A stretch of DNA of 61,376 bases, filler included. It is 7 parts of 7 records of this genome, joined end to end, with 100 filler letters (N's around TTAATTAATTAA, not from the genome) between each part and the next. Parts side by side here need not be neighbours in the genome. Positions count along the whole stretch, not along the records: positions 38,220 to 44,191 come from DRR723986_789; positions 44,292 to 49,414 come from DRR723986_794; positions 49,515 to 61,376 come from DRR723986_804; 4 more parts are not named here. One strand, given 5' to 3'. How positions within the stretch are numbered: the first letter of the stretch is position 1; the number at the start of each line of letters is the position of its first letter. This document shows, one piece after another, positions 43,088 through 52,869 of this stretch. The notes beneath the pieces are model-generated. The model was not told the DNA's origin and searched no databases. It saw nothing but the letters and a program-made list of their open reading frames with translations. Position numbers and translations under genes: made by a program.

Positions 43088-43954
43088 TCAGAGTTCCTGC
43101 CCCTGCATTTCCTGCGCGGCGACGAGGCCGAGCGCATAGGACAGGTCGTCGTACATGCCGTTGAAGGCCTCGAACAGCGCCCGGTTCAACGCCTTGCCCT
43201 CGGCGCTGGCGGAGAGGTCGATGTAGCGGTCCAGCGTCGCATCCTCGAGCGGATCGTAGGCCATCAGCAGGAAGGCGTTCAGCCATTCCTCGGTGTCGAA
43301 GCGGGTTTCCTCTTCCTGCGCCCAGACGTCGCTGAGGATGTCGCCCTCGGACAGCTGCATCGCGCCACCGTCGACGAGGCCGCTGTAGAAGTTGAACGAT
43401 GCGTTCAGCGCCCCGGCCACATTGGCCTCGAGCAGGTCGTTGACGGCGATGAACCGTTCGATCTGGTCGAGGCGGGGGTCCTCTTCCACCTGCATGGCGC
43501 GAAAGCTGTCGCGCGCCGCCTGCTCGACGTCATCGTCGATCATCGCGCGCCGCGCCTCCAGTTCCAGTCCGACGATGCGCTGGCCGGTCTCGCCTTCGAA
43601 GAAGGCCAGAAGCGGGTCCACGTCGGTGCCCGCGAGCGCCTCGGCAAAGCCGTCCCGGACGACGCGCTCCATCTTGCGGGTGTCATAGACCTCGTCGAGC
43701 CGTGCGTCCCAGCGACCCGGGGTCCCGCCGGGAAAGAGATCCCGTCCAAGTTCGGAGCCGTAGGCCACGCCTTCCTCGCGCATGACCTCGATCATCTCGG
43801 GCAGGCGCAGCGCCTCGATCAGGTCGTCGACCGGCTCGGCCCGGACGGGCCCCGCAAGGCAAGCCGCAATCGCAAATCCCGCGAGGGCCGCTGGCGCGAC
43901 CGTCCCGTCGCCCCGGTTGCCCCTGTCCCGAACCCGTGCCGCCGTCTCGATCAT
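43088..43954 (-). CDS. DUF2059-like exported protein
   Basis: Signal-like segment (AIAACLAGPVRA), LLAFFEGETGQRIVGLELEARR, YIDLSASAEGKALNRALF; lies upstream of rplU. Confidence 0.7.
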   Translation of the reverse strand: MIETAARVRDRGNRGDGTVAPAALAGFAIAACLAGPVRAEPVDDLIEALRLPEMIEVMREEGVAYGSELGRDLFPGGTPGRWDARLDEVYDTRKMERVVRDGFAEALAGTDVDPLLAFFEGETGQRIVGLELEARRAMIDDDVEQAARDSFRAMQVEEDPRLDQIERFIAVNDLLEANVAGALNASFNFYSGLVDGGAMQLSEGDILSDVWAQEEETRFDTEEWLNAFLLMAYDPLEDATLDRYIDLSASAEGKALNRALFEAFNGMYDDLSYALGLVAAQEMQGQEL

Positions 43955-44121
43955 GGTCCTGCCTGTGCCTCCTGATTTCCAGCTGACGTAGAGCAGCCCC
44001 GGCCCGACAACAACCGTCTCTCGCGAATTTGCGCGGGACGGCGCCCATCGCCCGAAGCCCTGCTCGCATGGCCGCCCGGACGTCTGCTGGCCCGCCGCGC
44101 AAAATTTCTTCGCGAATGCTG

Positions 44122-44149
44122 TTGCACAGGGTATGCGAATTGGCTAAAC
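44122..44149 (+). promoter_or_regulatory. Candidate alphaproteobacterial promoter of the tRNA gene
   Basis: TTGCAC-N15-GCTAAAC, about 22 nt before the tRNA. Confidence 0.5.
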
Positions 44150-44171
44150 GCCCCGCTACCAAGACCCCCGC

Positions 44172-44191
44172 GGAGAGGTGCCGGAGTGGTC
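44172..44191 (+). tRNA. 5' fragment of a tRNA, probably tRNA-Ser
   Basis: GGAGAGGTGCCGGAGTGGTC (acceptor stem 5' strand and D-arm), cut by the gap; anticodon not visible. Confidence 0.7.
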
Positions 44192-44291
44192 NNNNNNNNN
44201 NNNNNNNNNNNNNNNNNNNNNNNNNNNNNNNNNNNTTAATTAATTAANNNNNNNNNNNNNNNNNNNNNNNNNNNNNNNNNNNNNNNNNNNN
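44192..44291. other. Artificial contig linker
   Basis: N44-TTAATTAATTAA-N44. Confidence 0.99.
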
Positions 44292-44429
44292 GGTCAGCGC
44301 GTCGCATTCATAGGCGCGGGTCTCGGCCTCGTCGGTGATCAGCGCGCCGGCGGGCAGCACCGTGGACAAACGGTCCGCAATGCGCGCCTTGGCGCCCACC
44401 ACCCGGGCATTCGGTTCGGGCATTTGCAT
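44292..44429 (-). CDS. glcD: Glycolate oxidase GlcD-like FAD-linked oxidase (N-terminal fragment)
   Basis: MQMPEPN...ETRAYECDALT; RBS GGAGG. Confidence 0.75.
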
Positions 44430-44554
44430 CTTCGGGCCTCCATCCTGACGGAAATCGGGTCAATTGGTAAACTCATATAACCAAAACCGCGTTCTGGCGA
44501 GGGCCAAAGCTGCGGCATCTTGCGCTGGGCCGCCCTTATGGGCCAATTGCGGGC

Positions 44555-44965
44555 ATGGCTTGGGTCAAGATCATACACATTCTTTGCGTCATGGGGTGGA
44601 TGACCTCCATCTTCGCCGTGCCGCGCGCGCTGATCTACTGGAAGCGCGAGCACGCGCGGCTGGGCGAGAACGGCCCGCTAGGCGACCTGACCTTCCGGCT
44701 CTACCGGTTTTCCTTCGGGCTGGGCGTGATCGCCATCGTCACCGGCATCTGGTACGGCACATGGCTGGGATGGCCCGCGTGGCTGCATCTGAAGGCCGCG
44801 CTGGTGGCGGTGCTGGCGGGGCACTACCTCTGGACCGGCAAGCTGGTGCGCCGGGCGCAGCGCGGAGAGTTCCGCGAAAGCGACATGGTCCTGCGCATCT
44901 TCAACGAGGTCAGCGTCTTCATCGTCATCGCGGTGCTCTGGGCGGTCGTCGCCCAGCCGTTCTGA
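44555..44965 (+). CDS. HemJ/CopD-like (UPF0093) four-TM membrane protein
   Basis: WVKIIHILCVMGWMTSIFAVPR, WLHLKAALV, RIFNEV resemble HemJ motifs. Confidence 0.7.
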   Translation: MAWVKIIHILCVMGWMTSIFAVPRALIYWKREHARLGENGPLGDLTFRLYRFSFGLGVIAIVTGIWYGTWLGWPAWLHLKAALVAVLAGHYLWTGKLVRRAQRGEFRESDMVLRIFNEVSVFIVIAVLWAVVAQPF

Positions 44966-45687
44966 TGGACGCGCGCTACCTCAACGCCTTCACCCTCCTC
45001 GACCTCGGGGCCTTGGCGCTGCTTCTGGTCGCATGGGTCGGGTCGAGTTGGATCATCGAGCATCCGCCCGCGTCGCGGCCCTCGACCTCGAAGATCATGG
45101 CGCAGTACCGGCGCGTCTGGATGGTGGCTTTCCTGCATCGCGATCCGCGCATCTTCGACAGCCAGATCCTGAACAGCCTGCGGCAAAGCACGGCCTTCTT
45201 CGCCTCCGGCAGCATGATCGCGATCGGCGGGGGCTTCGCGCTTCTGGGCAATGCCGAACGCCTGCGCGGCGTGGCGCAGGATCTGACCCAGACCAGCGAC
45301 CCCACCATCGTCTGGGAGATCAAGATCTTCGTGATGCTGGGCTTCGCCGCCAATGCCTTTCTGAAGTTCGTATGGTCGCACCGGCTGTTCGGCTATTGCT
45401 CGATCCTGATGGCGGCGGTGCCGAACGAGGCCACGGACCCGGTGGCCCTGCCGCGGGCCCGCAAGGCCGGAGAGATCAACGTCACCGCCGGGCGCAGCTA
45501 CAACCGCGGCCTGCGGTCGGTCTATTTCGGCATCGCCAGCGCCGCATGGCTGGCCGGGGCGCTGCCGCTGATCGTGGCGACGGTCTTCACGCTGGGCGTG
45601 GTGCTGCGGCGCGAGTTCACCGCCGAATCGCGCGCGATCCTGCTGGAGACGACGGACGGCATGCCGGAGTTTCCGCCCAGGGGCTGA
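44965..45687 (+). CDS. DUF599 family membrane protein
   Basis: MAQYRRVWM..RDPRIFDSQILNSLRQSTAFFASG, FLKFVWSHRLFGY, YNRGLRSVYF; TGATG coupling with the upstream gene. Confidence 0.88.
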   Translation: MDARYLNAFTLLDLGALALLLVAWVGSSWIIEHPPASRPSTSKIMAQYRRVWMVAFLHRDPRIFDSQILNSLRQSTAFFASGSMIAIGGGFALLGNAERLRGVAQDLTQTSDPTIVWEIKIFVMLGFAANAFLKFVWSHRLFGYCSILMAAVPNEATDPVALPRARKAGEINVTAGRSYNRGLRSVYFGIASAAWLAGALPLIVATVFTLGVVLRREFTAESRAILLETTDGMPEFPPRG

Positions 45688-46049
45688 GGGGCTGCCTTTG
45701 CCAGGATCGGGGTACTCGGATCAAGAAACGGTCACCCCAGACGATGAGCTGCGCCACCGATGGGCCGTGGCGCGGCGCCCCCGAGGGTTCAGAAAGGCAG
45801 ATTATCCCGGCAAAGTCCGTACGACCAAACTCAGGTCGCGCCTGCACTAGCCAAATCGCCGAGCCCCTGGACGGCCCGGCGATGGCGCGGCGGCTTCGCC
45901 TCGATTCCGCGCAGGGTGGTGGATCGCGCTGGTTCCGAACACACAAAGCCGGATGATTGCGCGACAGCCTTCGCCCTTGATCACGCGCTGGGCGTCGGAG
46001 TGCGCCCGTCCCGAACTCATACGGCCCGGGACGAGGCAGGGCGGGCGTC

Positions 46050-47999
46050 TTATTGGCTCAGGCTCTCGGCCAGCCGCATCAGGGTGATCGCCTCCTGCCG
46101 GTAGCCGTAGGGGTCCTCGCCCCGCGCGCCTTGGGCCAGCGCCATGGCGTCGCCGATGCTCCAGTCGCCGACCATGTCCGAGCCGCGCAGGATCTGCCCG
46201 AAGCCCGCGATGGCCGTGGCCCATTGCGCGTCCGGCAGGGGCGCGGCATCCGCCATGATCGGCACCTCGATCAACCGGCTGACGTCCTCTCCCGGCGCCT
46301 TGTAGCGCAGCTTGAGGAAACCCAGCTCGGAGGCATCGCCCGCCACCGGTTGCGCCGCGCCGTAGCGCAGCGGGTCGGTCATGCGCGCGTCGGACCCTGC
46401 GGGCGTGATCTCGTAGATCGCCGTGACCTGATGGCCCGCGCCGATCTCTCCGGCATCGACCTTGTCGTTGTTGAAATCCTCGCGGCGCAGGGCGCGCGTC
46501 TCATACCCGATCAGCCGGTATTCGGACACGGCGGCGGGGTTCCATTCAACCTGGATCTTCACGTCGTCGGCGATGGGCACCAGCGCGCCGGTCAGCTGGT
46601 CCACCAGCACCTTCTGCGCCTCGGCCAACGTGTCGATGTAGGAGGCCGTGCCGTTGCCGGTCTGGGCCAGCGCCTGCATGGTCGCGTCGTCCAGATTGCC
46701 GCGCCCGAAGCCCAGCACCGACAGGTAGGTGCCGCTCTCGCGCCGGGCGGCGATGTAGTCCTTCAGGTCGTCCGGATCGCTGATGCCGATGTTGAAATCG
46801 CCGTCGGTGGCAAGGATCACGCGGCTGACCTCTCCCTCCCCGGCCATCTCGGCGGCGGTGGCATAGGCCTGCCGCAACCCCGCCTGACCGGCGGTGCCAC
46901 CCCCGGCCTGCAAGCGGTCGAGCGCGGCGAGGATTGTCTCGCGCTCCGAGGCGGGTGTCGGGTCCAGCACGCGGCCCGCGCTGCCCGCGTAGGTCACGAT
47001 CGAAACGCTGTCCTCCGGGTCGAGCTGGCCCAGCATCAGGCGAAAGCTCTGCTTGAGCAGGGGCAGCTTGTCGGGTTGCTCCATCGACCCCGAGGTGTCG
47101 ATCAGGAAGACGAGGTTCATCGCGGGCCGCTCTGCGGGCAACGCGCCCTGCAGCCCGATATGCACGATCCGCGTGCCCGCGCGCCACGGCGTGTCCGAGA
47201 CTCCGACGGCGGCGGCGAAGGGCGCATCACCCCCGGGCGCGGGGTAGTCGTAGGGGAAGTAGTTCACCATCTCCTCGATCCGCACGGCGTCCTTCGGCGG
47301 CAGCATCCCGTTCGTCAGAGAGTTCCGCACGATGGACCACGACGCCGTGTCTACGTCGACCGAGAAGGTCGAGACCGGCTCCTCCGCCGTGACCTTGACG
47401 CTGTTCTCCTCGGCTTCAGGGAAGGTCTCGGTGTCGGGCAGACCCGCAACCGGTGCGTCGAAGGACGGGGTGGGCATGGGGGCGGGGCTGACCACGGAGG
47501 GCGCCATCTTGGCGGCTCCGCCCATGGCGCGGTTCTGAACGGCGGCGCTGGGCGCGGAGAAAGTCTCGGGCATCGGTTCCGCCGCCATGTCGGCCATGGG
47601 GGGGGCGACTTCGACCTCTTCGACGGGCGCGGGTTCGACCACCGGCGGCTCGGCCTCTTCGGCCAGTACGACGGGTTCGGGCGCCACGTCGCGGCTGCGC
47701 AGGCTTGGCGCCTGTTCCTGCAACACGGGAATGACGGCGACCATGGCGACGGCGGCCAGTGCGGTCGTCGCGGTCAGAAAGCCCTTGCTGGAAATCGTTG
47801 CGTACATCTTGCGCACTCCTCTGAGAATGCCCCCCTTCCGGGTGGGCTCAGAGGTCAGACGCGCCGGATCGGTCGATCCTTGGAGGGCGTCGAAATTTTT
47901 CATCGCCAGCGTCAGGGCGCGCTTGCGCGCCTCGGGGTCCGGCCCGGGCAGGCCCGCATCGAAGGCGCGCTTCAGGTCGTCGAACTCGTCACCGCTCAT
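46050..47999 (-). CDS. YfbK-like vWA-domain protein (vWA + DUF3520) with N-terminal TM anchor
   Basis: PVSTFSVDVDTASW, VRIEEMVNYFPYDY, MIDAS DTSGSM, ATDGDFNIG, YRLIGYETR..DFNNDKVDAGEIGAGH. ATG 47999 overlaps the sigma stop. Confidence 0.9.
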   Translation of the reverse strand: MSGDEFDDLKRAFDAGLPGPDPEARKRALTLAMKNFDALQGSTDPARLTSEPTRKGGILRGVRKMYATISSKGFLTATTALAAVAMVAVIPVLQEQAPSLRSRDVAPEPVVLAEEAEPPVVEPAPVEEVEVAPPMADMAAEPMPETFSAPSAAVQNRAMGGAAKMAPSVVSPAPMPTPSFDAPVAGLPDTETFPEAEENSVKVTAEEPVSTFSVDVDTASWSIVRNSLTNGMLPPKDAVRIEEMVNYFPYDYPAPGGDAPFAAAVGVSDTPWRAGTRIVHIGLQGALPAERPAMNLVFLIDTSGSMEQPDKLPLLKQSFRLMLGQLDPEDSVSIVTYAGSAGRVLDPTPASERETILAALDRLQAGGGTAGQAGLRQAYATAAEMAGEGEVSRVILATDGDFNIGISDPDDLKDYIAARRESGTYLSVLGFGRGNLDDATMQALAQTGNGTASYIDTLAEAQKVLVDQLTGALVPIADDVKIQVEWNPAAVSEYRLIGYETRALRREDFNNDKVDAGEIGAGHQVTAIYEITPAGSDARMTDPLRYGAAQPVAGDASELGFLKLRYKAPGEDVSRLIEVPIMADAAPLPDAQWATAIAGFGQILRGSDMVGDWSIGDAMALAQGARGEDPYGYRQEAITLMRLAESLSQ

Positions 48000-48532
48000 G
48001 CCTCTGCCTCCGTCATCGCCTTCAACCGTTTCCGGCACTCGGATATCCGCCAGCTGACCGTGCCTTCCGAGACCTCCAGCACCTGCGCCGCCTCGGCATG
48101 GGTTACGCCGTCCAGCACCAGCGCCAGCGTCTCCCGCAACTCGACCGAGAGGCCGCGCATGGCTTCGGTCAGCCAGTCCAGACGCTCTGCCGTCTCGGCC
48201 TCTGTTGCGCGGCGGTCCAGTTCCCAGTCGCCCCAGCCCTCGGCGGCCTTGGCATGGGTGGCGCGGCGCCGGAACCGGTCCCGCGCCGCGTTCACGGTGA
48301 TGCGGTAGAGCCACGTCGTCAGCTTCGCCTCGCCCCGAAAGCCGCGCAGCTTGGCGGGCAGGGCGGCGCAGATGTCCTGCGCCAGATCCTCGGCCTCGGC
48401 CCGGCTGCCGGTCAACTTCACCGCATAGGCATAGACACGGTCATAGACCCGCTCGACCAGCAGGGCAAAGGCCTGCCGGTCGCCGTCTGCCGCCGCGCGG
48501 GCGAGGGTTTCGTCACTGACATCCATGCGCAT
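47996..48532 (-). CDS. ECF RNA polymerase sigma factor
   Basis: AEDLAQD, FRGEAKLTTWLYRITVN, HAEAAQVLEVSEGTVSWRI. Start 48532 or 48526. Confidence 0.92.
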   Translation of the reverse strand: MRMDVSDETLARAAADGDRQAFALLVERVYDRVYAYAVKLTGSRAEAEDLAQDICAALPAKLRGFRGEAKLTTWLYRITVNAARDRFRRRATHAKAAEGWGDWELDRRATEAETAERLDWLTEAMRGLSVELRETLALVLDGVTHAEAAQVLEVSEGTVSWRISECRKRLKAMTEAEA

Positions 48533-48672
48533 CTTGTCACTTGGACGCGCGCCGGGGCGCAATCCTTGGATACCTGACCGGATTTTTCCGGACGCGCGCG
48601 GATTTCGGCGGGCGGGGCAGGCCGGCCACCGGCATCCCGTAGGCCGGGCTTCAGCCCGGCCATGGTCAATGA

Positions 48673-49414
48673 TCAATGCGCCTCGGCCCAGTTCGCGCCC
48701 TGTCCGGCGTCGACCACCAGCGGCACGTCCAGTTTCACGACCGGCTCCGCCGCCGCTTCCATCACCGTCCGGGCTGCCCCGATCAGATCGTCCGCCGCGC
48801 CCGCCTCAACCTCGAAAAGCAGTTCGTCGTGGACCTGCAGCAGCATCTTCGCGGGCAGGCCCGCGATGGCATCCGGCATCCGCACCATGGCGCGGCGGAT
48901 GATGTCCGCCGCCGTGCCCTGGATCGGCGCGTTGATCGCGGCACGTTTGGCAAAGCCCGCGCGCGGCCCCTTGGCGCCGATCTCGGGCGTGTGGATCACG
49001 CGGCCGAACAGCGTCTCGACCCGCTTGTGTTCCTGCGCGAAGGCCACCGTGTCGTCCATGTACTGCTTGATGCCGGGGAAACGCTCGAAATAGCGGTCGA
49101 TGAAGCCCTGCGCCTCGGCCCGGGGGATGCGCAGGTTGCGGGCTAGGCCGAAGCCCGAGATGCCGTAGATCACGCCGAAGTTGATCGCCTTGGCCTGCCG
49201 ACGCACGTCCGGCGTCATCTCGTCCATCGGCACGCTGAACATCTCGGAGGCGGTCATGGCGTGGATGTCCTGTCCGTCGCGGAAGGCCTCTTTCAGCGCG
49301 TCGATCCCGGCCATATGGGCGAGGATGCGCAACTCGATCTGGCTGTAGTCGAGCGACACCAGCACCTTGCCCTCGGGCGCGACGAAGGCCTCGCGGATGC
49401 GGCGGCCTTCCTCG
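48673..49414 (-). CDS. polA: DNA polymerase I (C-terminal part)
   Basis: DYSQIELRILAH, RRQAKAINFGVIYG, AINAPIQGTAADI, LLQVHDELLFE. Confidence 0.97.
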
Positions 49415-49514
49415 NNNNNNNNNNNNNNNNNNNNNNNNNNNNNNNNNNNNNNNNNNNNTTAATTAATTAANNNNNNNNNNNNNNNNNNNNNNNNNNNNNN
49501 NNNNNNNNNNNNNN
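49415..49514. other. Artificial contig linker
   Basis: N44-TTAATTAATTAA-N44. Confidence 0.99.
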
Positions 49515-49545
49515 CCGCCCCGTTCAACCACTCCGGCACCTCTCT
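49515..49545 (-). tRNA. 5' fragment of a tRNA, probably tRNA-Ser
   Basis: Minus strand AGAGAGGTGCCGGAGTGGTTGAACGGGGCGG, cut just before the anticodon loop. Confidence 0.75.
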
Positions 49546-49670
49546 TTGCGAAAGAGAAGCGCAAATATATAGCATGGTAAATACACTACCAAGAACTTTT
49601 TCAAATAACTTCAATTTTGTTGAATTCATGCGGCCTGGCGGGGATTCGGCGCTAAAACTGTTTGCGGCGT

Positions 49671-50864
49671 TTACTCAGCCAGACTCTCGTAGATGTGCAG
49701 ATAACTGACGTAACGTTCCGGATCGAGTTCTTCGGCCTCTACGGCTTCCTTGACGCCACATGCCGGTTCGTGTGTATGTGAGCAGGTGTTAAATCGGCAC
49801 AGTTCGGCAAATGGAGCAAAGTCTGGAAAACTGTCTGAGAGTTCTGCACGATGCACGTCCCAAATTCCAAACTCGCGAATGCCAGGAGTATCAACCACAA
49901 AACCACCATCAGGCAAACGAAAGAGTCGTGAGAATGTGGTGGTGTGCATGCCTTTGTTGGTGCGCCGATTTATGAAGCGCGTTTCCTGAATGTCGGTTCC
50001 GAGCAGTGTATTGATAATTGAGGACTTGCCCACACCAGACGGGCCGGAAAAGACACTCGTCTTGTCAATGAGTAACTCGCGCAGCTCATCCAAGCCGTCA
50101 TTCTCTTTGCAGGAGACAAAGAGCAGCGGCAGTTCGAGTGTGTCTTCGTAGTTGGATAGATCTTCGAATATCAGTTCAGCGTCTTCTTCGGCCAGCAAGT
50201 CGAGTTTATTGACAACGATGATCGGATCGAGTTCGCCGCGATAAGCAGCCACCAAATATCGGTCGATCAGGCGTTTATTGTACCAGGGGCTTCCTACACT
50301 AGCCAGGATCACCAACTGGTCGACGTTGGCGGAGAGAACGTGTTCTTCGTCGTAGCGGCCGGCGGTTTTACGCGAGAGGCGCGTGCTGCGCTTGTGTACC
50401 TGCAGGATGACACCAGTAGGCAAGCGTCCATCGTCGGCCGGAGCTTCAGGTCCAGCTTCATCACCAGCTTCATCACCAGCTTCACCGTTAGCTGCATCGT
50501 TAGCTGCAGGGCCTACTTCATCCGGCCGAATACTGACGACATCACCGACAGCAACGAGCGTAGCGCCTTCTTCGGCGGTGATAACTGTTCGCGAAGGTGT
50601 GCATTCAAAGTGCACAAACTCATTTTCGCTCAGCTCAAGCTCTACAATCCAGGCACGGCCGGAAGAATCGATCACTCGCCCTGTGGGAGCAGCGCCGACC
50701 GGCTCAGCCTCACTCTGCCGCAAATCTTTACTGCGTGGTTTAATCGGCACTGCACGTGTTGGCACGAACTCGTCATCGACGTCGCGATAGGTGCCGCCTT
50801 TGGTCCAGCTTTTGGCCGCGCGGCGCGCGCGTCCCTGCTTCATTTTGTAATTGCGCTTGGCCAT
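49671..50864 (-). CDS. rsgA: Ribosome small subunit-dependent GTPase A
   Basis: ANVDQL, NKLDL, GPSGVGKSS, GMHTTT, DTPGIREF, zinc finger CRFNTCSHTHEPAC. Confidence 0.95.
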   Translation of the reverse strand: MAKRNYKMKQGRARRAAKSWTKGGTYRDVDDEFVPTRAVPIKPRSKDLRQSEAEPVGAAPTGRVIDSSGRAWIVELELSENEFVHFECTPSRTVITAEEGATLVAVGDVVSIRPDEVGPAANDAANGEAGDEAGDEAGPEAPADDGRLPTGVILQVHKRSTRLSRKTAGRYDEEHVLSANVDQLVILASVGSPWYNKRLIDRYLVAAYRGELDPIIVVNKLDLLAEEDAELIFEDLSNYEDTLELPLLFVSCKENDGLDELRELLIDKTSVFSGPSGVGKSSIINTLLGTDIQETRFINRRTNKGMHTTTFSRLFRLPDGGFVVDTPGIREFGIWDVHRAELSDSFPDFAPFAELCRFNTCSHTHEPACGVKEAVEAEELDPERYVSYLHIYESLAE

Positions 50865-51077
50865 TGGCCTCCACGGTCACTGAGCACACTGAGATTCGCG
50901 ACTTTCGCCTGGCTGAAAACGCGGATTCTTCAGATTAAAATGAAAAAATTTCACCTCGAAAAAACGCACTGGTGACCCATAAATTTTTGACTTCGGGTCA
51001 CCACGTTTTGATGCTTGGAAAACGAGGTGCTTTTGTGTAAATTTAAGGCAATTAGTAACAAACTGAGAGTATTTTCT

Positions 51078-52835
51078 TTGCAATATCGTTGGATAGTCAA
51101 CAAGGAACATGATGATCAGACCGTCAAACAGATAGCCGAAGCCGAAAACATCCCCGACAGTATTGCCCGAATTCTCGTGTCAAGAGGCACGTTGACGAAG
51201 GAGACTGCGCATAGTTTCTTCTACCCATCCCTGAAGGATCTTCACGATCCATTCATAATGGATGGGGTCCGCGAAGCGGTGGAGCGCATACAACGTGCTC
51301 AGAAGGATGGCGAACGGATATGGATATACGGCGACTATGACGTTGACGGTACGACCAGCACTGCACTGCTGCTGCATTACCTCCGTGTGATTGGCTGTGA
51401 AGTAGATTACTTCATCACAGACCGGTTTAGCGAGGGATATGGGCTTACGCGCAGTGGACTGCAGGAGGCGGCCGACGCCGGCGCCACGCTGATCATCAGT
51501 GTCGATATGGGGACTACCTCAGTCGATGCCACCCGCTACGCGAAACAGATTGGTCTGGATGTTATCATCTGCGACCACCACGAGCCTTCCGCCGAATTAC
51601 CAGAAGTTTACGCACTCCTCAACCCAATCAAACCAGGATGCGATTACCCGTTCAAAAATCTTTGTGCGGGTGGTGTGACGTTTAAATTGGTGCAGGCGCT
51701 TTGTATTGAGCGCCAGGTACCGGAACAAGCCCTCGAATATCTGGACTTTGTAGCTGTAGCTTCAGCATCTGACATGGTGCCTCTGGTCGGTGAAAACCGC
51801 ACCATGGTGTACTTTGGCCTGCAGAAGCTAAATGCGCAGCCGCGGCCGGGATTCAAAGGTATGTTTGAGTGTTCAAACATTGAGCCCGGCACCATTTGCT
51901 CCTCGACGATCGTATATAATCTGGCACCGCGGCTGAATGCCGCCGGTCGGCTGGGAGATGCACGCAAAGCTGTGGAACTGCTGCTGGCACGGAACGACAT
52001 TAAAGCGTTCCGCCTGGCACAGGAGCTGGAAAGCAAAAACCACCAACGCCGTGTTATTGACGAAAAGATTTTCAGTGAAGCCTCGGCAATTGCCGACGAC
52101 CTGATTAACAAGCAGAATTACCGCTCGCTGGTATTGCACGATCCCAATTGGCATGTGGGCGTTATCAACATTGTGGCTTCGCGACTGGTTGAGAAGTTCC
52201 ACAAACCGACGATCATGTTGACCACCGTTGACAACATTACAAAAGGCTCAGCGCGCAGCATCAAAAACTTTGACATTCACGGGGCACTACATAGTTGCAG
52301 CTACCTTCTCAAACAGTTTGGTGGCCACAAGTACGCCGCCGGCCTGTCACTTGATGCTGCCAATGTAGACGAATTGCGCGACGAGTTTGACAAAGTGGCG
52401 CGCAACGCGATTACGGATGACATGCTGATCCCAGAGCAGCAGATTGATACGGAATTGCATCTGAATGAGCTATCGCCGGCATTCGTAGAATTGCTGCAAC
52501 GCTTCTCCCCTTTTGGATACCAGAACTTTAAGCCAACCTTTGTGTCACACAATGTACACATGGTTCGGCGCGCAAAAATTGTCGGCAAAAACCACGTCAA
52601 GTTCAGAGTTCGCCAGGGCAACTTCCTGATTGATGCAATTGGCTTCAATCTTGGCGATCGCCTCTCGATGTTAAACTCCGGCAAACCAATTTCGATTATC
52701 TATACAATCGAAGAATCGATGCATCGCAACTCGAAGCATCTCCAACTGTATGTTAAAGACTTGCGGCCGACGGAGTCGGTGGAACAAGTGACACAGTCTC
52801 AAGTGGCACAGACGAACGAGCGCAAGTCAGCGTAA
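51078..52835 (+). CDS. recJ: Single-stranded-DNA-specific exonuclease RecJ
   Basis: YGDYDVDGTTS, EGYGL, ICDHH, APRLNAAGRL, GSARS, GGHKYAAG. TTG 51078 likely start. Confidence 0.96.
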   Translation: MQYRWIVNKEHDDQTVKQIAEAENIPDSIARILVSRGTLTKETAHSFFYPSLKDLHDPFIMDGVREAVERIQRAQKDGERIWIYGDYDVDGTTSTALLLHYLRVIGCEVDYFITDRFSEGYGLTRSGLQEAADAGATLIISVDMGTTSVDATRYAKQIGLDVIICDHHEPSAELPEVYALLNPIKPGCDYPFKNLCAGGVTFKLVQALCIERQVPEQALEYLDFVAVASASDMVPLVGENRTMVYFGLQKLNAQPRPGFKGMFECSNIEPGTICSSTIVYNLAPRLNAAGRLGDARKAVELLLARNDIKAFRLAQELESKNHQRRVIDEKIFSEASAIADDLINKQNYRSLVLHDPNWHVGVINIVASRLVEKFHKPTIMLTTVDNITKGSARSIKNFDIHGALHSCSYLLKQFGGHKYAAGLSLDAANVDELRDEFDKVARNAITDDMLIPEQQIDTELHLNELSPAFVELLQRFSPFGYQNFKPTFVSHNVHMVRRAKIVGKNHVKFRVRQGNFLIDAIGFNLGDRLSMLNSGKPISIIYTIEESMHRNSKHLQLYVKDLRPTESVEQVTQSQVAQTNERKSA

Positions 52836-52869
52836 TTCAGCAATCGACTTAAATACGTGGAAAGCAGAG

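Noticed and set aside
44464..44964. 407-aa ORF suggesting an N-terminally extended DUF599 protein
   Set aside because: The extension overlaps the HemJ-like gene in another frame; the TGATG junction supports two genes.
46053..48308. 751-aa plus-strand ORF and similar long antisense ORFs over xseA, obgE, rpoC and rplU
   Set aside because: Antisense shadows of high-GC genes, without motifs.
44172..49545. Two tRNA-Ser fragments as att sites flanking an integrated island
   Set aside because: They are on different contigs of different lineages, both are 5' halves cut by assembly breaks, and the DNA between carries core genes and no integrase.
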